Positions 19,274-27,439 of a DNA stretch of 32,000 nt are shown here, one piece after another. The stretch lies in the NCBI GenBank assembly GCA_951812855.1, contig OX638337.1, forward strand, positions 630,001 to 662,000, read 5' to 3'. The notes under the pieces are model-generated. The model was given only the letters and a program-made list of their open reading frames with translations, searched no databases and was not told where the DNA came from. The stretch's first letter is position 1. Each line of letters begins with the position of its first letter. A program made the position numbers and the translations under genes. Origin of the DNA: an uncultured Lentisphaeria bacterium. GTDB lineage: Bacteria; Verrucomicrobiota; Lentisphaeria; JABSQK01; JAJFLO01.

Positions 19274-20480
19274 GTCTACTTTTACGCAAGAAGACGATAA
19301 GCTGTTAGCAGAGCTTGGTGTTGTAGTTGAGAAAAAAAAGAAAGCCGCCATGACTCCACGGCAAGAGCGAATTATTGCAGGCTTTGAAGATATTCAGCAC
19401 TTTGTCGAGGAGTACGACCGGCCACCATTGCACGGTGAAAACAGAGACGTTTTCGAGCGTTTATACGCAACAAGGCTGGATCAAATTCGCACTCAAGACG
19501 AATCTCGTCAGTTAATCAAAGCGTTGGACTATCAAGGATTACTGTCTGATAACCTGAAAATAGCTGAACCTGACGCTGAATATGAAACCGATGACGAGCT
19601 TCTGGCTGCTCTTGGTGTCGAAAGACCAACAAAAGAAGGTGATATTGCCTTTCTTAGGCATGTTAAATCGCAAGCTGAAAGAAAAGCGGCGGAAGAAATA
19701 GCCAGCCGAACCCCTTGTAAAGACTTTGAAAAGTTCAAACCACTTTTCGATAAAGTGCAAAGTGATTTAAAACATGGTCTGGTAGAGGCAAAGTTGCTTG
19801 AAGATCAAAAAGGGCAATCTGTGATGGCCCAGATAAACCAGGGCGACTGGTTTATCGTAAACGGGCAAAAAGCCTACGTTGCAAAATTAAGTGATCGGCG
19901 TATCCATGGTTTTGATAACAACGACTATCGCTTACGGGTCATCTACGATAACGGAACCGAAAGTGACCTGCTGCTGCGGTCGTTGCAAAAAGCACTCTAT
20001 GAAGATGAGGCAGGTAGAAGGATCATCTCACGTTCTGCCGGGCCGCTATTTGATGATGTTGCAGAGGAAGAAGATTTGGCGAGTGGGACAATTTATGTGC
20101 TTAGAAGCAAATCCAATCATCCCGTGATCGAAGAGAATAGAGCGGTGATTCATAAAATCGGAATTACCGGGGGAGACGTAAAAACGAGAGTATCAAACGC
20201 CAAACTTGATCCTACCTATCTTATGGCAGAGGTTGAAATCGTCGCTACTTACGATCTGTTCAATATCAGTCGAGGTAAACTGGAAAATCTACTTCACAGG
20301 TTTTTTGAGAGTGCCAGGCTCGAAATAGAAGTGCCAGATAGATTTGGTAATCCTGTAATCCCACAAGAGTGGTTTCTGGTGCCTCTGCCTGTTATTAATG
20401 AAGTGGTAGAAAAAATCAAAGACGGGAGTATTGCCGGCTATAAATATGACCGTAAAAAGGCAATGCTTGTTAAGGACTAA
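19266..20480 (+). CDS. T5orf172/MUG113 (GIY-YIG superfamily-like) domain protein
   Basis: 404 aa. The C-terminal block, about aa 274-385 (nt 20085-20420), reads GTIYVLRSKSNHP..HKIGITGGDVKTRVSN..KLENLLHRFF..PQEWFLVPL. It matches the T5orf172 pattern as I recall it. The N-terminal half is unassigned and carries a duplicated DDxLLAxLGV motif. Confidence 0.8.
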   Translation: MVKSTFTQEDDKLLAELGVVVEKKKKAAMTPRQERIIAGFEDIQHFVEEYDRPPLHGENRDVFERLYATRLDQIRTQDESRQLIKALDYQGLLSDNLKIAEPDAEYETDDELLAALGVERPTKEGDIAFLRHVKSQAERKAAEEIASRTPCKDFEKFKPLFDKVQSDLKHGLVEAKLLEDQKGQSVMAQINQGDWFIVNGQKAYVAKLSDRRIHGFDNNDYRLRVIYDNGTESDLLLRSLQKALYEDEAGRRIISRSAGPLFDDVAEEEDLASGTIYVLRSKSNHPVIEENRAVIHKIGITGGDVKTRVSNAKLDPTYLMAEVEIVATYDLFNISRGKLENLLHRFFESARLEIEVPDRFGNPVIPQEWFLVPLPVINEVVEKIKDGSIAGYKYDRKKAMLVKD

Positions 20481-20553
20481 GGCTCGTTTGTTTGTTATTG
20501 ATTGAGGATGTAATGAACTGCAGCATTTTGAATAAGTTTGATCAGGTTTCAGA

Positions 20554-20817
20554 TTATGTGTGCCAGGTTTCCACTATTTCATCCTCCAACAACGTCCTTA
20601 GATCCTGTAAAATTTCCATTTCCGCTTCCAATTGTTCTTCACTGAACAAACTACATGCTTTACCAAATCCAACTATCGCCGGGACATTAAGAGTTCCGGA
20701 GCGCAGCCCGTTTTCATGCCCGCCTCCATGAATTACAGGTACTAAATCATCCTTAATTTCATTTTTTATACACCCGTTAATCAAATATTCTTCGAGCAGA
20801 TAGGATCTCCCACTCAT
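20554..20817 (-). pseudogene. Cysteine desulfurase (NifS/IscS-family) internal fragment
   Basis: An 87-aa ORF contains [28 protein letters not shown], the conserved HGGGQE-GLRSGT-NV block of class V aminotransferase desulfurases. The N-terminal PLP-binding half and the C-terminal active-site Cys region are both absent. Confidence 0.7.
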
Positions 20818-21060
20818 CTAATTGACGGTGTAATCTCATATTATAGAAACCTGTCAAACAACCTGCATCTGCCGACTGTTTTCCACTTCTCCGTTCTGAA
20901 AATGCTCTGTATTTTCGGACTCCTGGAGGTCTCCTGGCGGGTATGGCAACTGTCCCGTGATCGGCATCATGAGATTTTTTGTAATTTCGTGAGCGTCTTC
21001 AGTGTAGATTGTTCTGTCCTGAATATGACGGTTTTTGTCCGCTGCTCGACAGTTTGGATT

Positions 21061-21145
<85 letters not shown>

Positions 21146-21351
21146 CGAATAATGACACAGATAATTATAATTTTTCACATTACAGTATTATACTAACAGA
21201 GATATTGGATTTAGAAATTAAATAACTTTAACTCGTTTTACAATTTCAACTGCTTAAATTTTCTAAACAGTAATTTCATGTTCTTTTTATGCCGGAATCT
21301 AAAACTTTCAGGCTCATTAAATAACTAATATTATCCGATTTATAAGAGGAA

Positions 21352-22803
21352 ATGATAATGCCCCGAAAACCTGTTTCTAAAAAAGGAAGTACTCAAAAAA
21401 TTATGGATGTGCTAATTAACCGGGAAAACGGTTGGCTTAAAGTCAATGAATCAGAACGAAAACGAATTTTTTCATTTTGTGATCACTATCGTAATTTTTT
21501 AAGCGATGTCAAAACCGAGCGCCAGGCAAATAGGCGGGGAATCGACTTAGCAGAAAAAAACGGTTTCAAAAATCTAAATTATTTCATTGATCAAAAAAAG
21601 AGACTGTCGCCCGGGGACAAGGTGTATGTTACCATTTCCGATAAAACATTAATATTGGTTGCCATCGGAAAGAACAGCCTTGAATCCGGAATGAGAATCA
21701 TCGGAGGCCATACCGATTCGCCACGACTTGACCTAAAACCAAGACCACTTTATGAAGATGGCGAAATGGGCTTATTAGATACCCACTATTATGGTGGTAT
21801 TAAAAAGTATCAGTGGGTTACCATTCCTCTTGCATTACACGGAGTTGTAAGTAAGAAAAATGGGGATCAAATCTCCATTTCTATTGGGGAAAATTCGAGC
21901 GATCCTGTTTTTAATATAACTGATTTACTACCGCATCTTGGTAAAGATCAGGCGGGAAAAAAACTTAATGAGGGCATCTCAGGCGAAGGATTAAACGTTC
22001 TTTTTGCCAGCATTCCCCAAAAAAATAAAGAAGCAGGCGAAAGGATTAAATTAAACGCAATGGAACTGCTTTATCAAACCTACGGTATTGTGGAGGATGA
22101 CCTGGTCAGTGCTGAATTAGAACTGGTTCCTGCCGGTCCGGCTCGTGATTCGGGAATCGACAGGTCAATGATCCTGGGATATGGTCAGGATGATCGTGTA
22201 TCGGTTTATACCGGATTACAGGCGTTGCTTCATCAGAAAAAGATTCCTGCTGCAACAAGTGTATGCATTCTCACCGACAAAGAGGAAATCGGATCAGTAG
22301 GTTCAACCGGTATGTATAGCTTTTTATTCGAAAACGTTATGGCAGAAATCATTAACCTGACAACCAGAGATTATTCAGATTTAATATTGCGACGCTGCTT
22401 AAAAAATTCAAAAATGCTGTCCGCAGATGTTAATGCACTTCATGATCCGAATTATCCTGAAGTCAGTTCACCCAACAATAATATGGCAAAACTAAACCAC
22501 GGATTGATTTTAACAAAATATGTTGGTGCAAGAGGGAAAAGTGGATCAAATGATGCCCATGCTGAATACCTTGCTGAACTTCGTAAAATTTTCGACGATG
22601 CAAACGTCATTTGGCAAACCGGAGAAATCGGCAAAGTCGATCAGGGCGGCGGCGGTACGATTGCATTCATGATGGCACGATATGAAATGGACGTGGTCGA
22701 CTGCGGAATAGGACTGTTAAGCATGCATGCACCCTGGGAAATTTCCGGAAAACTGGATATCTATATGGCTTATAAAGGATACAAAGCCTTTTATGATTCA
22801 TGA
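21352..22803 (+). CDS. M18-family aminopeptidase
   Basis: 483 aa. Blocks seen: IIGGHTDSPRLDLKP, HYYGGIKKYQW, DDRVSVY and SMHAPWE. The start could be 21352 or 21358. Confidence 0.88.
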   Translation: MIMPRKPVSKKGSTQKIMDVLINRENGWLKVNESERKRIFSFCDHYRNFLSDVKTERQANRRGIDLAEKNGFKNLNYFIDQKKRLSPGDKVYVTISDKTLILVAIGKNSLESGMRIIGGHTDSPRLDLKPRPLYEDGEMGLLDTHYYGGIKKYQWVTIPLALHGVVSKKNGDQISISIGENSSDPVFNITDLLPHLGKDQAGKKLNEGISGEGLNVLFASIPQKNKEAGERIKLNAMELLYQTYGIVEDDLVSAELELVPAGPARDSGIDRSMILGYGQDDRVSVYTGLQALLHQKKIPAATSVCILTDKEEIGSVGSTGMYSFLFENVMAEIINLTTRDYSDLILRRCLKNSKMLSADVNALHDPNYPEVSSPNNNMAKLNHGLILTKYVGARGKSGSNDAHAEYLAELRKIFDDANVIWQTGEIGKVDQGGGGTIAFMMARYEMDVVDCGIGLLSMHAPWEISGKLDIYMAYKGYKAFYDS

Positions 22804-23084
22804 GATTAAAACTCGACTTTACTAACGTTTAACTTCCACTCAAATATTAACAACATTGTTAATTAATATTATCTTGAAACAAATCTACAGAGTACAGTAT
22901 ACAGCCTTTTACTATGGGAGTTTCCCTCTGATTATATTTGCAACGTCAACCCGATTTCATTGAAAAGAGTCGTAGAATTAGACGCTGTCAGATTTGTTTT
23001 TGTAATCAAAATTTCATCTGTACTAAACACTTTGGCTCTAGTCCAGGAATAACCTTAAATCAATAAACATAGCGAATAATTCAA

Positions 23085-23873
23085 GTGATCGATATTCATT
23101 CACATATTCTGCCGGGAGTAGATGATGGTGCATCGGATATGAAGACAAGCCTGGAAATGTGCGAAATTTCAGTTAACGATGGGGTAACGGTTATGGCCGC
23201 GACACCCCATATGCTTGACGGTACTTATAATGTTGAGAGAGAAACAATCATATCCGGCGTCAAAGAATTACAAAAAGAGCTTGATAAAAATAATATCAAC
23301 CTAAGAGTTGTGCCCGGGGCTGATATCCACATAAATGTTGATTTTGTCAATTTAAATAAATCAGGAGGCATCGTAACATTAAATGATACGGGTAAATATG
23401 CCTTAATTGAGTTTCCGCCTTTAATAATTCCGCATAAAGTGGATGAATTTTTATTTTCAATGCAAATCAATGGTATTACCCCCGTCATCACCCATCCTGA
23501 ACGAAATCAATCTGTCCAAAAGCATCCGGAACAAACGTTAAAATGGGCACAATCTGGAAATATTATTCAGATGACAGCTGCCAGCATCACAGGTGAATTG
23601 GGCAAAGAAGCCAAAGAGTGTTCAATGAAATTACTGGAGGCAGGTCTTGTCCATGTTATTGCGAGTGATTCACATTCTCCAACCTGGCGGGCACCCGGTT
23701 TATCTGAAGCAAGAGCCATTATTGCCGAATTAATCTCTGAAGAGGAGGCAGATTTAACAACTAAACATCGACCTGAATCGATTATAAATGGTAATTCGAT
23801 TGATTTACCTGAACCAAAAGAAATTATGACTGCAAAAAATAAACATTGGTTTTTCAAATGGTTCAGTAAATAA
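23085..23873 (+). CDS. CpsB/YwqE-type PHP-domain tyrosine-protein phosphatase
   Basis: 262 aa with a GTG start. Blocks seen: IDIHSHILPGVDDGA, ATPH, ITHPER and ASDSHS. Confidence 0.85.
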   Translation: MIDIHSHILPGVDDGASDMKTSLEMCEISVNDGVTVMAATPHMLDGTYNVERETIISGVKELQKELDKNNINLRVVPGADIHINVDFVNLNKSGGIVTLNDTGKYALIEFPPLIIPHKVDEFLFSMQINGITPVITHPERNQSVQKHPEQTLKWAQSGNIIQMTAASITGELGKEAKECSMKLLEAGLVHVIASDSHSPTWRAPGLSEARAIIAELISEEEADLTTKHRPESIINGNSIDLPEPKEIMTAKNKHWFFKWFSK

Positions 23874-24178
23874 CGATCTTCAAAAACCATTTTCAGCTTT
23901 TACTGATTGAATTGTATCTGTTTCTAAATAATTAACTTCCGACAATTTTGATTTCTCATTATCAATTACACGAATGCGTTAAAACATTATCGGAATTGGA
24001 AATTATACGGGCCGGATTTAATATTTTTTCAGGAATATTTTTTCAGGAAGAGTAATTTTTATCCGTTCTGCAACGATAGATTTAACAGCCTGTCCTGGAT
24101 TCGGTTGAATAAACTTGAAAGCCTCAACACAAACCCCTATTTTGTCGATTTCATAATTTAGTAAATACAGGAGTAATT

Positions 24179-24862
24179 TTGAAACTCTCCGTCATTGTCC
24201 CGGTTTATAATGAAGTTAATACCGTCCTCGATGTTATCGAGAAGATAGAATCGGTCTGTATTGACAAAGAAATTATAATTGTCAACGACTGCTCAACGGA
24301 TGGAACAAAAGAAAAATTAAATACGTTGGCAGGCAAAGATCATATCAAAATTTTGCATCACCAGAAAAATCAGGGTAAAGGTGCGGCGATCCGGACCGCT
24401 CAGTCAAACTTAACCGGCGATGTCATTATTATCCAGGATGCGGATTTAGAATACTCACCAAAGGAATATCCTAAACTGTTACAGCCAATTGCTGAAAATA
24501 AAGCCGACGTTGTATTTGGAAGCCGCTATTCAGGCACCGAGATACGCGTTGATACATTCTGGCATTATATTGGAAATAAGGTCTTAACAACCTTTTCGAA
24601 TAGTCTGTCAAATATTCATCTCACAGACATGGAAACGTGTTACAAGATGATTCGTTCCTCCATTTTTAAGGAGATAAATATTGAGTGCAGCGACTTTGGA
24701 TTTGAACCGGAAATAACAGCCAAACTGTCCAGAAAGAATTGTCGAATTATCGAAGTCCCGATTACTTATCAGGCACGACGTTTTGACAAAGGAAAAAAAA
24801 TCGGCTGGACAGACGGAGTAAAAGCTCTGATATATATTGTGAAATTCAATTTATTTCGATAA
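24179..24862 (+). CDS. Family 2 glycosyltransferase (DPM1-like)
   Basis: 227 aa with a TTG start. Blocks seen: LSVIVPVYNE, IIVNDCSTDGT, GKGAAIR and IIQDADLEY. Confidence 0.85.
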   Translation: MKLSVIVPVYNEVNTVLDVIEKIESVCIDKEIIIVNDCSTDGTKEKLNTLAGKDHIKILHHQKNQGKGAAIRTAQSNLTGDVIIIQDADLEYSPKEYPKLLQPIAENKADVVFGSRYSGTEIRVDTFWHYIGNKVLTTFSNSLSNIHLTDMETCYKMIRSSIFKEINIECSDFGFEPEITAKLSRKNCRIIEVPITYQARRFDKGKKIGWTDGVKALIYIVKFNLFR

Positions 24863-25026
24863 AGATTTTACTAAAAATATTAATTCCGGCTTGCGGGGGA
24901 TTAGTCCCGTTTATAACTGGTGTTTCTTCAGGGTTATTGCTTTAAAATCGTATTATACAATCTAAAACATATCGCATCGAAGCTGCTTCAGTGAAGACAG
25001 ACCAAAAATATTACAGTTACTTTTAT

Positions 25027-25110
25027 GCCCGGGTGGCGGAATTGGCAGACGCAACGGACTTAAAATCCGTTGACCGCAAGGTCGTGGGGGTTCGAGTCCC
25101 CCCCCGGGTA
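25027..25110 (+). tRNA. tRNA-Leu (anticodon UAA)
   Basis: The sequence is GCCCGGGTGGCGGAATTGGCAGACGCAACGGACTTAAAATCCGTTGACCGCAAGGTCGTGGGGGTTCGAGTCCCCCCCCGGGTA. The anticodon loop is CTTAAAA. It has a long variable arm. The track ORF 24991-25248 is spurious. Confidence 0.9.
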
Positions 25111-25159
25111 TTTTTTCGTTTTCATACTCTTACTCTTAATATGATCCTTACCGGCCGCC

Positions 25160-25189
25160 TTCCAGTTCCACCGAACAACGGGGCTGGAA
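25160..25189 (+). terminator. Stem-loop downstream of tRNA-Leu(UAA)
   Basis: TTCCAGTTCC (25160-25169) pairs with GGGGCTGGAA (25180-25189). This gives 10 bp including 2 G-U pairs, with a 10-nt loop. No immediate U-tract follows, so a terminator function is uncertain. Confidence 0.3.
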
Positions 25190-25789
25190 CCCCGAGTAAA
25201 ACTAAGGCCCCCCCCAATTTATTTTTCAAAAAATTTTTGCCTTGTTAAGCTCGATTTTTATTAAAACTGTTATTATAAAGGTTATAGAAACGTTATTTAT
25301 TGCTGTTTTTTCCTATCATTTTTTAACATTAACGTAAAATACCTACTTGCCCCTTACTTTGCTTTTATTTTGCAATATTTCGGTATTTAAAGGCAAAATG
25401 TGGATATAACGAGTTTTTTGTTTGTTCCGGTATGGTTGTTTTTACTATGATGACGAAGACTGTTTCGTTAACATCCGGATTTTATGTGATTCTGAGTAAT
25501 AGAATAATGCTTTAGCCGTTAGATTGACTGTTGTTGTATAATAAGCCTTGTTTTTAGCTTTTAAGGTTCAGGGAATAGTAAATTCAGGTAATGTAAGCAT
25601 GTCTTTATGCCTGTCAGTTTTAAAGTACTTGCGTTTCTAATGCTTTTCAATGAGTTTGATAACTCATTCTTGCATACTTTCAATGTATGCGGGTATTGAT
25701 TCCTGGTTTACCGGGAATCGATTATGAACCCGTATACATTTTTACGACCAAAGGGAGTATGCTTTTATGCTTTTCAGGCTTTTCAGTTG

Positions 25790-25820
25790 TTGAACTGTTG
25801 CGATTATGGAAACAGTTCAA
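25790..25820. repeat. Perfect 10-bp inverted repeat (hairpin)
   Basis: TTGAACTGTT (25790-25799) and AACAGTTCAA (25811-25820) are separated by an 11-nt loop. Confidence 0.7.
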
Positions 25821-25952
25821 GTCAGTTATCATCATACAAAAACAGCAATAATCCATTAACATGCTGTTTTTATGAATTAATACCGTAACCCGTGGTTTAA
25901 CTCGTATTTTGTTGTTTAACGTGATTTTAACGGTGTAATAACGCTGTCTCTC

Positions 25953-25988
25953 TTTTTTTTTATATATATAATATATATATTTTTTTTT
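25953..25988. repeat. T9-(TA)n-T9 low-complexity tract
   Basis: The sequence reads ttttttttt atatatata atatatatat tttttttt. Two T-runs flank about 20 nt of alternating TA. Confidence 0.8.
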
Positions 25989-26067
25989 AAAGCTTTTAAA
26001 TACTAAAAAGAATCCCGTCAAATCGCGCGCCCGTGTGCACGCGAGGCATTTATACAGTTGCATCAAC

Positions 26068-26149
26068 AATATTATGCGACGTTGTAAATTGATTTTCAGC
26101 CTCAAAAAAGCAGGTTTATGTAAGGCTTAAATAATATTATGCGACGTTG
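26068..26149. repeat. Two copies of the 17-mer AATATTATGCGACGTTG
   Basis: The copies are at 26068-26084 and 26133-26149. An inverted copy of the core, GTCGCAT, lies at 26170-26176. An 8-bp inverted pair GCCTCAAA (26099-26106) / TTTGAGGC (26182-26189) brackets copy 2. Confidence 0.75.
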
Positions 26150-26449
26150 GTTTTATTGTGGTTAATGCGGTCGCATTGCAGTTTGAGGCTAATTGTAAGT
26201 AAGTTTTGGAAGTTTAGTTTTTAAAAGTTGGTTTTAAATCCGGTTTGAATGCGATTTGAGGGATTTTCATGTCAGATGATATATATAAATATTAAGCTCC
26301 CTGGTTAAGCTCCCCGATTAGCGGGAACAGCTTTGGCTTCGCAGAATGTAACGGTAATTATTGTGTTTGTAATTACTCTGTTAACTGTTATAGGTACAGT
26401 TTGAGTAACTGATATCCCGTATGAAAAATATTAAACGGCAGGAACAGGA

Positions 26450-27361
26450 ATGGAAAAAGAAACGCTGGTGTCCGTAATAACTCCAGTTCACAATTGCGAA
26501 ACTTATCTATCAAAATCCATCGAGAGTGTTTTGCATCAGACCCATAATAATTTAGAATACATTCTCATAGACGATTGTTCTTCTGACAGCTCTCGTGAAA
26601 TCATAAAATACTATTCCGGCAGGGATTCCAGAATTAAATTTCACTTCCAATCAGAAAACAGAGGGCCGTCAAAAGCAAGAAATGAAGGGATAGCCTGCTC
26701 AAAGGGTGAGTATATTGCGTTTATAGATGCAGATGATCTTTGGGTAGATAATAAATTGGAAGAGCAGTTAAATGCATTTTTGAAAAATGATAAACTGGGT
26801 TTGATTGGGACGAATGGTTATGTTATTGACGAATCCGGGAATGGAAAAGGGAAAATGTTAGCAGATTCAAAAATTAAAGCAGGCAAAATATCTGCAAAGG
26901 AATTTATACTTGAGGGAGTTCCGGTTGCGACATCAGCAGCAATTATCAAGCATGAATGTATTAATACCTGCGGGTGTTTTAATGAAGACTATTTTATAGC
27001 AGAAGATTATCTGCTATGGCTAAAAATTTGTCAGAAATATGATATGTGTATTTTAAATATACCCCTGATATACTATCGGCAGCACGAACAGAGTCTCACA
27101 GGAAATAAGGTTAGAAACAGAAGGGAGAAATTACGTTTATTTGAAAACGAAATTATTACAGATCCCGAATTAATGAAACAATTGGGAGAAGAGTTTCAAT
27201 ATAAACTTCAAAGGATGTACTGTTCATTAGGTAATATGTATCGAAAAGAAGGTAAAAGAGAGGATGCCGAAGAACAATTTAAAAAGTCTTTCAAGTATAA
27301 TATCAACCTGTTTGTTACTTTGAAAACTCAGTTATATCGAATGTTTTTGGCTCTTCACTGA
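26450..27361 (+). CDS. Family 2 glycosyltransferase
   Basis: 303 aa. Blocks seen: VSVITPVHNCETYL, ILIDDCSSDSS and FIDADD (DxD). Confidence 0.85.
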   Translation: MEKETLVSVITPVHNCETYLSKSIESVLHQTHNNLEYILIDDCSSDSSREIIKYYSGRDSRIKFHFQSENRGPSKARNEGIACSKGEYIAFIDADDLWVDNKLEEQLNAFLKNDKLGLIGTNGYVIDESGNGKGKMLADSKIKAGKISAKEFILEGVPVATSAAIIKHECINTCGCFNEDYFIAEDYLLWLKICQKYDMCILNIPLIYYRQHEQSLTGNKVRNRREKLRLFENEIITDPELMKQLGEEFQYKLQRMYCSLGNMYRKEGKREDAEEQFKKSFKYNINLFVTLKTQLYRMFLALH

Positions 27362-27439
27362 AATCTGTAAAAATCATAGATTCCCCAGGTAGCTATTTTA
27401 ATATAACTGTCACTTTGTAAATAACTTATAGTTGCTGAT

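Larger units (their letters stand above)
14074..20480 (+). other. Horizontally acquired GC-rich four-gene island (candidate defence operon)
   Basis: The composition jumps at both edges. Counted lines: 13441-13500 has 16/60 GC, 16801-16860 has 36/60, 17281-17340 has 36/60 and 21181-21240 has 13/60. The genes are overlapped or nearly abutted: ATGA at 16821-16824, a 2-nt gap at 17226-17227, and an 8-nt overlap at 19266-19273. Confidence 0.75.

Noticed and set aside
19332-19339. An A8 homopolymer near the 5' end of the T5orf172 gene, considered as a phase-variation switch.
   Set aside because: Eight A's encoding KKK(K) is short for efficient slippage and common in coding DNA. There is no evidence of length variation from a single sequence.
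22846-22863. The palindrome ATTAACAA-CA-TTGTTAAT downstream of the aminopeptidase gene.
   Set aside because: It is a real 8-bp inverted repeat, but it is AT-only, sits in AT-rich spacer and has no supporting context. It could be an operator or chance, and I did not report it as a feature.
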